The notes under the pieces were generated by a model, which saw only the letters and a program-made list of their open reading frames with translations, was not told the origin of the DNA and ran no database searches. Source: Octopus sinensis (Eukaryota). Taken from it: a stretch of DNA of 64,000 bases. Positions within the stretch are counted from its first letter, which is position 1, and each line of letters starts with the position of its first letter. Location: assembly GCF_006345805.1 (NCBI RefSeq), contig NC_043025.1, positions 5,828,001 through 5,892,000 of the forward strand, in the 5' to 3' direction. A program made the position numbers and the translations under genes. This document shows, piece after piece, positions 24,701 to 37,800 of this stretch.

Positions 24701-25117
24701 GGTTGGCATTAGGAAGGGCATCCAGCTGTAGAAACCTTGCCAGATCAGATTGGATCCTGGTGCAGCCTACTGGCTTCCCAGACCCCAGTCAAACCGTCCA
24801 ACCCATGCCAGCATGGAAAGCAGACATTAACCGATGATGACGATGATGATGATGATGATGATGATGATGATATGAGGGGAAGTAAAAAATTATCCACACT
24901 TTCACCATAACATATCTATTCTCTTTTACTCTCTTTTACTTGTTTCAGTCATTTGAGTGCGGCCATGCTGGAGCACCACCTTTAGTCGAGCAGATCAACA
25001 CCGGGACTTATTCTTTGAAAGCCCAGTACTTATTCTATCGGTCACTTTTGCCGAACCACTAAGTAACGGGGACATAAACACACCAGCATCGGTTGTCAAG
25101 CAATGCTAGGGGGACAA

Positions 25118-25148
<31 letters not shown>

Positions 25149-28016
25149 CATATATACGACGGGCTCCTTTCAGTTTCTGTCTACCAAATCCACTCACAAG
25201 GCTTTGGTCGGCCCGAGGCTATAGCAGAAGACACTTGCCCAAGATGCCACGCAGTCGGACTGAACCCAGAACCATGTGGTTGGTAAGCAAGCTACTTACC
25301 ACATAGCCACTCCTGTCTATATTTATCATTGTCACACTACCTTCGGCACATGCATGCTTATAATTGGTACCATTGTGGTCTTTTGATCATGCCATTTTTC
25401 TTTCTGGTTTTACAGGGTAAGCATGGCCACTCCACTGGCAATGTGCATGAAAGCAGAACAAAGAGCAATGATCTGAGAGATGGTAATGGTGAACTGGTTT
25501 ACCATTACCATCTCTCGAGCTTGCTGTATCTTCTCATCAGTGGTGGAGGTTGATGGGCGACCTGCTCCCCCTTCATACATCACACTTGTCCGGCCACTTT
25601 TAAACTTCTCAAGCCACTCATACACATTTCCTATTTCTTTACTGCCCACAAGGGGCTGCACATAGAGGGGACAAACAAGGACAAACAGATTAAGTCGATT
25701 ATATCGACCCCAGTGCATAACTGGTACTTATTTAATCGACCCCAAAAGGATGAAAGACAAAGTTGATTTTTGGTGGAATTTGAACTCAGAACGTAGCAGC
25801 AGACAAAATAGCGCTAAGCATTTTGCCCAGAATGCTAATGTTTCTTATTTCTTTATTGCCCACAAGGGGCTAAACAGAGAGGACAAACAAGGACAGACAA
25901 ATGGATTAAGTTGATTACATCGACCCCAGTGCATAACTGGTACTTAATTTCTCGACCCCGAAATGATGAAAGGCAAAGTCAACCTCGGCGGAATTTGAAC
26001 TCGGAACGTAATGACAGACGAAATACCTATTTCTTTACTACCCACAAGGGGCTAAACGCAGAGAGGACAAACAAGGACAGACAAATGGATTAAGCCGATT
26101 ATATCAATCCCAGTGCATTACTGGTACTTAGTTAATCAACCCCAAAAGGATGAAAGGCAAGGTCAACCTTGATGGAATTTGAACTCAGAACGTAATGACA
26201 GACGAAATACCTATTTCTTTACTACCCACAAGGGGCTAAACGCAGAGAGGACAAACAAGGACAGACAAATGGATTAAGCCGATTATATCAATCCCAGTGC
26301 ATTACTGGTACTTAGTTAATCAACCCCAAAAGGATGAAAGGCAAGGTCAACCTTGATGGAATTTGAACTCAGAACGTAATGACAGACGAAATACCTATTT
26401 CTTTACTACCCACAAAGGGCTAAACACAGAGGGGACAAGCAAGGACAGACAAACGGATTAAGTCGATTATATCGACCCCAGTGCATAACTGGTACTTAAT
26501 TTCTCAACCCCGAAAGGATGAAAGGAAGCAACGTTGACCTCGGCGGAATTTGAACTCAGAACATAAAGACAGACAAAATACCGCTAAGCATTTCGCCTGG
26601 CGTGCTAACGATTCTGCCATCTCGTCACTCATACACATTTCTATGTGGTAGTGCACTGTCTCCATATTGTGCAAGAAGCCTCTGATAGATTTTAGTGCCT
26701 GACACACCTTCAGACCAGAGAAATTGGATCACTGTTCTTTGATCTTTTTTGGTGTACATTTCTAGTGGAGTGGCCATGCTAACACTGTAAGTGGAGGCGC
26801 AATGGCCCAGTGGTTAGGGCAGCGGACTTGCGGTCATAGGATCGCGGTTTCGATTCCCAGACCGAGCGTTGTGAGTGTTTATTGAGCGAAAAACAGCTAA
26901 AGCTCCACGAGGCTCCGGCAGGGGATGGTGGTGATCCCTGCTGTACTCTTTCACCACAACTTTCTCTCACTCTTACTTCCTGTTTCTGTTGTACCTGTAT
27001 TTCAAAGGGTGGAGGCGCAATGGCCCAGTGGTTAGGGCAGCGGTCTCGCGGTCATAGGATCGCGGTTTCGATTCCCAGACCGAGCGTTGTGAGTGTTTAT
27101 TGAGTGAAAACACCTAAAAAGCTCCACGAGGCTCCGGCAGGGGGTAGTGGCGGTCCCTGCTGTACTCTTTCACCACAACCTTCTCTCACTCTTACTTCCT
27201 GATTCTGTTGTACCTGTATTTCAAAGGGCCGGCCTTGTCACTCTCTGTGTCACGCTGAATATCCCCGAGAACTACGTTAAGGGTACACGTGTCTGTGGAG
27301 TGCTCAGCCACTTGCACGTTAATTTCACGAGCAGGCTGTTCCGTTGATTCGGATCAACCGGAACCCTCGTCATCGTAACCGACGGAGTGCTTCCATTCCT
27401 CATCACTGTAAAGCCACATAGAAAAATGGCTTGATCAGGCTCAAACTTCAACCACATGACCACAATAGTACCAACTATAAACATGCAGGCACAGAAGACA
27501 GAATGACAATAATAAAGATATGTTAAGGTGAAAGCGAAAGTGCAGATAATTTTTGATTTCCCCTCGTATATGGTGAACCTTTCGGGTGAGATGAAAAAGG
27601 ACCGAGCTGCCTGGTACTTTGCTGTACTCAAGAAGACCTGTACTTTGCAGCAGACATGTTAAGACTTATCCTTATAGTGGTGTGAAGCATTCATAGTGGT
27701 TCCACATAAAAGTGCCTGTGCAGTTCCATGTAAAAATGCCCATACTTAGCGGTTCGGCAAAAAGAGACCGATAGAATAAGTACTAAAACGTGGTGCTCCA
27801 GCATGGCCGCAGTCAAATGACTGAAACAAGTAAAAGAGTAAAAGAGAGTAAGAGTAAAAGAGAGTGGCTGTGTGGTAAGTAGCTTGCTTACCAACCACAT
27901 GGTTCCGGGTTCAGTCCCACTGCGTGGCATCTTGGGCAAGTGTCTTCTACTATAGCCTTGGGCCGACAAAAACCTTGTGAGTGGATTTGGTAGATGGAAA
28001 CTGAAAAAAGCCCGTC

Positions 28017-28049
<33 letters not shown>

Positions 28050-28380
28050 CGCAAGAGTGGCTGTGTGGTATGTAACTTGCTAACCAACCACATGGTTCTG
28101 GGTTCAGTCCCACTGCATGGCATCTTGGGCAAGTGTCTTCTACTATAGCCTTGGGCCGACAAAAACCTTGTGAGTGGATTTGGTAGACGGAAACTGAAAG
28201 AAGCCTGTCGTATATATATATGCAGGAGTGGCAGTGTGGTAAGTAGCTTGCTTACCAACCACATGGTTCCGGGTTCAGTCCCACTGCGTGGCATCTTGGG
28301 CAAGTGTCTTCTACTATAGCCTTGGACTGACAAAAACCTTGTGAGTGGATTTGGTAGACGGAAACTGAAAAAAGCCCGTC

Positions 28381-28413
<33 letters not shown>

Positions 28414-28574
28414 CGCAAGAGTGGCTGTGTGGTAAGTAGCTTGCTTACCAACCACATGGTTCTGGGTTCAGTCCCACTGCGTGGCATCTTGGGCAAGTGT
28501 CTTCTGCTATAGCCCCGGGCCGACCAATGCCTTGTGAGTGGATTTGGTAGACGGAAACTGAAAAAAGCCCGTCG

Positions 28575-28624
<50 letters not shown>

Positions 28625-30365
28625 GGCGCAAGAGTGGCTGTGTGGTATGTAACTTGCTAACCAACCACATGGTTCCGGGTTCAGTCCCACTGCGTGGCAT
28701 CTTGGGCAAGTGTCTTTTACTATAGCCTTGGACCGACAAAAACCTTGTGAGTGGATTTGGTAGACGGAAACTGAAAAAAGCCCGTCGTATATATGTATAT
28801 ATATATATATAGGCGCAGAAGTGGCTGTGTGGTATGTAACTTGCTAACCAACCACATGGTTCTGGGTTCAGTCCCACTGCATGGCATCTTGGGCAAGTGT
28901 CTTCTACTATAGCCTTGGGCCAACCAAGCCTTGTGAGTGGATTTGGTAGATGGAAACTGAAAGAAGCCTGTCATATATATGTATTTTTTTTCTGTGTATC
29001 TTTCTGTCGAAGAGCGTAGGCTCGAAACGTAAAAGACTTGTTCTATTTCTATTCCTGAGTGCCATACTAATACATTTGTTTGTTTGTACTCCACCTGCCT
29101 TCGTCTTTTATTTATTTTCGTAAACCTTCCCGTTATATATATGTGTGTGTGTGTGTGTGTTTGTATGTCTGTGTTTGTCCCCCAAACATCGCCTGACAAC
29201 CAATGCTGGTGTGTTTACGTCCCCCTAAATTAGTGGTTCAGCAAAAGAAACCAATATAATATGTACTAGGCTTACAAAGAATAAGTCCTGGGGTCGATTT
29301 GCTCGACTAAAGGCAGTGCTCCAGGATGGCCACAGTCAAATGCCTGAAACAAGTGAAAGAGTATAGCCTTGCTCTGTCCAAAATCCTGGGATTGTATCTT
29401 ATAAGCCTCAAGAATGGATTTTAAACTGATGTAGGGATATGTGAGTCTTGGATTCCAGAACATCCCGCTGTGCTTGAGGAGACCTGTTGAGTCAAGTACA
29501 TGAACATCGAAATAAATATCAATGGAAATAGTAGTTGTGATACCTGTGTCGGTGGCACATAAAAAGCACCATCCGAATGTGGCCGTTGCCAGCACCGCCT
29601 CGACTGGCTTCTGTGCCGGTGGCACATAAAAAGCACCATCCAAACGTGGCCAATGCCAAAAGCACCATCCGAACGTGGCTGTTGCTAGCGCCGCCTCAAC
29701 TGGCTTCTGTGCTGGTGGAACATAAAAAGCACCATCCGAATGTGGCCGATGCCAAAAGCACCATCCGAACGTGGCCGTTGCTAGCGCTGCCTCAACTGGC
29801 TTCTGTGCTGGTGGAACATAAAAAGCACCATCCGAATGTGGCCGATGCCAAAAGCACCATCCGAACGTGGCCGTTGCTAGCGCCGCCTCGACTGGCTTCT
29901 GTGCTGGTGGAACATAAAAAGCACCATCTGAACGTGGCTGATGCCAGCACCGCCTCGACTGGCTTCTGTGCCAGTGGCACATAAAAAGCACCATCCGAAT
30001 GTGGCCGATGCCAAAAGCACCATCCGAACGTGGCCGTTGCCAGCGCCGCCTCGACTGTCTTCTGTGCTGGTGGCACATAAAAAGCACCATCCGAACGTGC
30101 CGATGCCAGCGCCGCCTTGGCTGGCTTCTGTACCGGTGGCACGTTAAAAGCACCAACCGATCGTGGCCGATGCCGGACTCCCCTGGCACCTGTGCAGGTG
30201 GCATGTAAAAAGCACCCACTACAATTGCGGAGTGGTTGGTGTTAGGAAGGGCATCAAGCTGTAGAAACACTGCCAGATCAGACTGGAGCCTGGTGCAGCC
30301 TCCTGGCTTCCCAGACCCCGGTCGAACCGTCCAACCCGTGCTAGCACGGAAAACGGACGTTAAAC

Positions 30366-30404
<39 letters not shown>

Positions 30405-30915
30405 AAAGCATTATAAATAACAATATTAAGTTGAGTTCTACTTACCAAAATGATTCTCAGAATCCTTTCGATTTTTCACCAGAATATTGGTGGCGCCCCT
30501 TGGAATAACCAGGAAGTCGTTGTAACCTAAAAAATAGAAATTTTAAAACTATTATGAAATATCCTTGTACCCTGCCAATCCTACCCTGCAATAAATGCTC
30601 CCAGCTCTTCTATACAGCCCTTGGCCTAAACAGCCACCTCAAGCACCCTTCGCACATATCAAGGATAACAATGAGGATAACAACGTAGCTTTCGCACCCG
30701 TGCAACCGCCAGTCTATCGTGTGTGGTGGGTGGATCTTCAAGTTGGCACACGCATTCTTTGTAGCTTAGAGTAGGCTCAAATTAGAGATTATTCTTTGTG
30801 GTTAATGGTGTGAGTCCTGATTGGAAGAAGAAGAAGAAGAAGAAGAAGAAGAAGAAAGAAGAAGAAGAAAAAGAAACGGAATCACTACTCATGTCCTCTA
30901 CCTTTTTTTTTGAAT

Positions 30916-30966
<51 letters not shown>

Positions 30967-33900
30967 AATTGGAAGAAGAAGATGAAGAAGAAGGAGAAGG
31001 AGGAGGAGAAGAAGAAGAAGAAGCAGAAGAAGAAGAAGAAGAAGAAGAAGAAGACAACAGCCTGGCCAATCTGGATGTTGGGACACACAATGTCAAAAGA
31101 GAGCCCACTGGTCAATCTATACATTCTGCTATACAAGGAGCATGAGTGGTCAAGTTGGGTGTCCCATTGGCAGAAACAAAAGCACGAACCACCCTGTCTG
31201 GTGAAGATGCACCAACAATGATGCCACCCCCAACAAACAGAACAGGATTGCGGGGACACAAAAATAATGCAAACTATATAATAGGCGTAGGAGTGGCTGT
31301 GTGGTAAGTAGTTTGCTTACCAACCACATGGTTCCGGGTTCAGTCCCACTGCGTGGCACCTTGGGCAAGTGTCTTCTACTATAGCCTCAGGCCGACCAAA
31401 AACCTTGTGAGTGGATTTGGTAGACAGAAACTGGAAGAAGCCCGTCGGATATATGTATATATATGTGTATGTAATTGTATATGTTTGTGTGTCTGCGTTT
31501 GTCCCCCCAGCATTGCTTGACAACGGATGCTGGTGTGTTTACGTCCCCGTAACTTAGCGGTTCGGCAAAAGAGCCCGATAGAATAAGTACTAGGCTTACA
31601 AAGAATAAGTCCTGGGGTCGATTTGCTCGACTAAAGGTGGTGCTCCAGCATGGCCACAGTCACATGATGAAACAAGTAAAAATTAAAAATTGAAAAAAAA
31701 ATACAAGTCTAGACCCAATTGCTTGCCCTCAGTCCCAACAGACCACCAGTGCCCGACCTGCGGCAGAGCCCTCAAGGTACGTATCAAGCTGATCAGCCAC
31801 AGCTGGACACACTGTGCCCTATCTTCTTCTCCTATGTCATATCTTTGGTCATCGTCGGCAATGAAGGACAAAGTAATAATAGATAGGGACACCTCTGTGA
31901 CCACACTTTTGGCTGTGTAGGCCTGCCTTTGAGAAGCATCCATAACTGCACGGGTTACATGAAAGAGACCCTTTTCTGTGCTTCTCAGGGAGAGGGTTCA
32001 CATCGTCTATATACTTGCCAGCACATTTAAATTCAATGAATACAACCCTGTTATTCTCAAATTTTTAACACCCCTAGCAATCAGACCCTTCCACAGACCC
32101 CTCCCTGAATCAAGATCTTCCCAGGTATTTGTATAGATATCAATCTTCTTTTTAAGCACATCTTTAAGATTGCCCTCAAAGCACTTGCATAGCTTGCAAT
32201 GGGAATGTTTTCCTTGCTCCAATTCACCAAACATCCCCTGTTTTGGCATGTGAGAGCCCTCTAAATGAACAAAATGACCAGACCATCTAAGCTGGTGCTT
32301 CATAAACATGGACTTGATATTCATCGTTCTCCCCAGCTACCGTATTCCCATATTGGGTGCACGAGATCCCCATGAGATCTTCAGGATATTGTGCAAACAA
32401 GACGAGTTTGTTTGTTCCTTTGTTCCTTCTCGAGCCATGCCTGGCTCATAAGGGCCAGTTTCCCGTCTTCTTTGGCGCATAGGTTCCCCACCTGGACAGG
32501 ACGCCGGTCCGTCACAGGTGAGCCACAAGATGCAGGAGGAAAGGGGGAGAGAAAGTTGTGGCGAAAGAGTCAGCAGAAGTTCGCCATTACCTTCTGCCGG
32601 AGCCGCTTGGAGTTTAGGTGTTTTTACTCATAAACACACACATCGCCCGGTCTGAGATTCGAACCCACGATCCCTCAAACGCGAGTCCACTGCTCTAACC
32701 ACTAGGTCATGTGCTTCCACAATGTTCCTTCTCAAGCCACACCTGGCTCATAAGGGCCGGTTTCCCGGTTTCCTTGGCATATAGGTTCCCCACTTGGATG
32801 GGACGTCGGTCCGTCACAGGTGACCCGCAAGATGCAGGAGGAAAGGGTGAGAGAAAGTTATGGCGAAAGAGTCAGCAGAAGTTTGGCATTACCTTCTGCC
32901 GGAGCCGCGTGGAGCTTAGGTGTTTCGCTCATAAACACACACATCGCTCGGTCTGAGATTTGAACCCGCGATCTCTTGACCGCGAATCCGCTGCTCTAAC
33001 CATAAGGCTATGTGCCTCCACAACAAGATGGGTAAGGGTGATTAGGTGATAGTCTAGGGCTTAGGGGCAGGAGACCCCAGACCTTGGAAGAAAAAAAAAA
33101 ACTTTGGTCATCTTGTTGTAGTCGAGGGTTCTTTGTTGACGCCTGACACCACTGGGAGGTGGCCCTCGAAGTCGCTGGAAGTGGAGATCTCCAGGTCCAA
33201 ATTCCTGAACGGCTGTTGTTGTTGTTGTTGTTGTTGTTAAGCAACAAGATGGGTAAGGGTGATTAGGTGATGGTCTAGGGCTTAGGGGCGGGAGACCCCA
33301 GACCTTGGAAGAAAAAAAAAAAAACTTTGGTCATCTTGTTGTAGTCGAGGGCTCTTCGTTGACGCCCGACACCACTGGGAGGTGGTCCTCGAAGTCGCTG
33401 GAAGTGGAGATCTCCATGTCCAAATTCCTGAATGGCTGTTGTTGTTGTTGTTGCTGTTTTTGCTGTTGTTGTTGCTGTTTTTGTTGTTGTTGTTGTTAAG
33501 CAACAAGATGGGTAAGGGTGATTAGGTGATGGTCTAGAGCTTAGGGGTAGGAGACCCCATACCTTAGAAGAAAAAAAAAAAAACTTTGGTCGTCTTGTTG
33601 TAGTCGAGGGCTCTTCGTTGACGCCCGACACCACTGGGAGGTGGCCCTCGAAGTCGCTGGAAGTGGAGATCTCCAGGCCCAAATTCTTGAACGACGGTGG
33701 AATCACTTGAGATGTTGTTTATGCATGCGATAGGTTTTCTAGGTCTTGCATCTGCGCATGCATTTGATCATGCATACATCTGCATATACATGTAAAAACT
33801 AACAAAGCACGCCCACACCCATGCACTGAAGAGACCCGCCCCCACAGAACGCATAAATGCAGGTGCATACACCTACATTCATGCACAGACTAACTGAACC

Positions 33901-34320
33901 ACATAATTACAAAGCCTGCAAACTCTCTTGGTGCAAAAAGTCTTGTTGCTTCGTTAGCAGCCAGCTTGAACTCATTAAGAAGAACTTCGTTAAATCTCAA
34001 AGAAAAACATACTCACACACACATACATGCATACACGCAAGCACACACACACACACATACACAAACACACACACACACACACATATACACTTAAATGTAC
34101 ACATGTATACTCTTTACTTTCTTTTACTCTTTTACTTGTTTCAGTCATTTGATTGCGGCCATGCTGGAGCACCGCCTTTAATCGAGCAACTCGACCCTGG
34201 GACTTATTCTTTTGTAAGCCCAGTACTTATTCTATTGGTCTCTTTTGCCGAACCGCTAAGTAACGGGGACATAAACACACCAGCATCGGTTGTCAAGCAA
34301 TGCTAGGGGGACAAACACAG

Positions 34321-34362
<42 letters not shown>

Positions 34363-34766
34363 GACAGGCTTCTTTCAGTTTCCGTCTACCAAATCCACTC
34401 ACAAGGCTTTGGTCGGCCCGATGCTATAGTAGAAGACACTTGCCCAAGGTGTCCCGCAGTGGGACTGAACCCGGAACCATGTGGTTGGTAAGCAAGCTAC
34501 TTACCACACAGCCACTCCTGCGCCTATATATATATAAACACATATGCATATACATGAACACATATGTAAATATGCACATGCATACAAATATTTATATACA
34601 TATAAGGCACAGGAGTGGCTGTGTGGTAAGTAGCTTGCTTACCAACCACATGGTTCTGGGTTCAGTCCCACTGCGTGGCACCTTGGGCAAGTGTCTTCTA
34701 CTATAGCCTCGGGCCGACCAAAGCCTTGTGAGTGGATTTGGTAGACAGAAACTGAAAGAAGCCCGT

Positions 34767-34818
<52 letters not shown>

Positions 34819-37800
34819 CGCAGGAGTGGCTGTGTGGTAAGTAGCTTGTTTACCAACCACCTGGTTCCGGGTTCAGTCCCACTGCGTGGCATCTTGGGCA
34901 AGTGTCTTCTACTATAGCCTCGGGCCGACCAATGCCTTGTGAGTGGATTTGGTAGACGGAAACTGAAAGGAGCCCATCGTATATATGTATATATATATAT
35001 ATATGTGTGTGTATGTGTTTGTGTGTCTGTATTTGTCCCCCTAGCATTGCTTGACAACCGATGCTGGTGTGTTTATGTCCCCGTTACTTAGCAGTTCGGC
35101 AAAAGAGACCGATAGAATAAGTACTGGGCTTACAAAAGAATAAGTCCCGGGGTCGATTTGCTCGACTAAAGGCGGTGCTCCAGCATGGCCGCGGTCAAAT
35201 GACTGAAACAAGTAAAAGAGTAAAAGAGAGTAAAGAGTATAACAAAATGATGACACTGGAAAAAACAAATATATATACATGCATATACACATACTTTTGC
35301 ACACACATGCACACATCTATATATATACACTATATATATACATAAAGCACAGGTTTGCGGCTATGAACTCCTCCCCCACCCCCCTACTCTCCTGACCTTG
35401 CACCCTCTGATTTTCACCTCTTCCCAGCCATGAAGTTGTTTTTGAAAGGAAAGCGTTTCCCAGATGATGCAGCCTTGATTTCTGAAGTTACGTCGTGGTT
35501 GGAGGACCAAGCTGGGGTCTTCTACAAAAACACGGTCTCCAGAGCTGCATCAAACGATGGGAGAAATGTGTAACTCTGGGTGGTTCCTATGTAGGGAAAG
35601 ACTAATAACTGTGCCAAGTGTCGTTGCTCTACTGCTATGGGAAGTGGGTCAGGGGCATTACTTATTGAACGCCCCTCGTATTAGGGGACTAGTATACTTT
35701 CTTGCATTATAGCAGTCTTCAAGGTCCCAGGTTGTGACAGGAGTGTTTCAATATATACACTCCCTCATGCAGATCTACATGTACACCCTCCTATCCACAC
35801 TAACACGTATACAGCTTCAGAAAGTGAAGAACACTGACCATTCTTGAGTTTAGTGGTTTCCACAGACTTCTTGACTGTCTTGCAGTGTTTTCCTTCACCT
35901 CCACAGATCCTGCAGGCGTCCTCTGCTTTGGAAGACCCAAGTACTCGATCACAGCCAACGCTCTGAAAAAAAAAGGAAAAGAACAAATGAAATGACAACA
36001 ACAACAGCAACATGAATGAATGCAAAGGTCCAAGAAAAGCTGCTTCCCTCAGCTACTGACCCCCGGCTAACCCTCCTTGTAGGGGAAAGAAGTGGAACCA
36101 AAGGTGTTACTCTCCTTCTACCTATTTCTTTACTACCCACAAGGGGCCAAACATAGAGGAGACAAACAAGGACAGACAACCAGATTAAGCCGATTATATC
36201 GACCCCAGCGTGTAACTGGTACTGATTTAATCGACCCCGAAAGGATGAAAGGCAAAGTCAACCTTGGCAGAATTTGAACTCAGAACGTAACGGTAGATGA
36301 AATACCTATTTCTTTACTACCCACAAGGGGCTAAACACAGAGAGGACAAACAAGGACAGACAAACGGATTAATTCGATTATATCGACCCCAGTGCGTAAC
36401 TGGTACTTAATTTATCGACCTTGAAAGGATGAAAGGCAAAGTCGACCACGGCGGAATTTGAACTCAGAACGTAGAGGCAGACGAAATACCTATTTCTTTA
36501 CTACCCACAAGGGGCTAAACACAGAGGGGACAAACAAGGACAGACAAACGGATTAAGTCGATTATATCGACCCCAGCGCGTAACTGGTACTTATTTAATC
36601 GACCCCGAAAGGATGAAAGGCAAAGTCGACCTCGGCGGAAATTGAACTCAGAACATAGCAGCAGATGAAATACCTATTTCTTTACTACCCACAAGGGGCT
36701 AAACACAGAGGGGACAAACAAGGACAGACAAACGGATTAAGTCGATTATATCGACCCCAGTGCATAACTGGTACTTATTTAATCGACCTCGAAATGATGA
36801 AAGGCAAAGTCGACCTCAGCAGAATTTGAACTCAGAACGTAACGGCAGACAAAATACCTATTTCTTTACTACCCACAAGGGGCTAAACAGAGAGGGGACA
36901 AACAAGGACAAACAAGGACAGACAAACGGATTAAGTCGATTATATCGATGAAAGGATGAAAGGATGAAAGGCAAAGTCGACCTCAGCAGAATTTGAACTC
37001 AGAACGTAATGGCAGACGAAATACCACTAAGTATTTCGCCCGGCGTGCTAACAATTCTGCTAGCTCTCCTTCTACCGGTACACGGCTTCTTTACAACCCA
37101 ATACTACAAAGCCACCTTCCTGGTAACTGGGTGCTGCAAGGTACCCAGTTGTCCTGTTTCTTAACAGTAAGGGATCTTGGAGCAGCAGTGGCCATAAGAG
37201 AGTAAGTAGGACATTGTATGAACAGTGTTATCACTAAATAGAAAACATATTATCTCCTTATCTCCTCAAAGACATACATCATCTCGAAAGAGTCCAGAAG
37301 CTGGCTACCCGCATGGTTCTTGGTCTCAAGAATTTGTCTTATGAAGAAAGGCTGAAGACGCTCGACCTTTATTCTCTAGAAAAACACAGCTGCTGTGGTG
37401 ATCTCATTCTTGCTCACAACATCATAAGTGGAAAGTGTAACCTCTCGAAAGAGCTGTTCTTCACTCCTGCTCCAGAGCGTCGGCTGCGGGGTCACTCCGG
37501 AAAGCTCTATCTGCGACGATTTCATCTCAATCGAAGGAGAGAGGCTTTCTCCGTCCGGGTCGCGGATCCGTGGAATAAGCTGCCGGACGAGATAGTGAAG
37601 ATGCCGACGACTGCTCAGTTCAAAGTCTCTCTTGACCAGAAATGGCCTGAACTCTTTGCATGAACACCCTCCCTGTGCATAACTCCATGTCCCCCTACAT
37701 GGCCTTGCATTTTGCTTTTTGAGCCCAAAAATTAACTTAACTTAACTTAACTTATAACTGATGAAGTAGCAAGGCCTGATATGATTCCGTTGTGGAAGTC

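Noticed and set aside
27272-27631. 119-aa ORF as a candidate spacer exon
   Set aside because: Overlaps SINE-2 and the mariner TIR; exons 7 and 8 already join in phase with a complete spacer.
33110-33200. Possible HDV-like ribozyme in the triplicated repeat
   Set aside because: P2/P3-like helices can be drawn, but there is no adequate P1 with a G-U cleavage pair, no stable P4 and no correctly placed catalytic C.
37755-37790. CTGATGAAG as a hammerhead core
   Set aside because: No stem II or downstream GAAA; the same applies to CTGATGCAG in the 139-bp repeat and CTGATGATATG near 22885.
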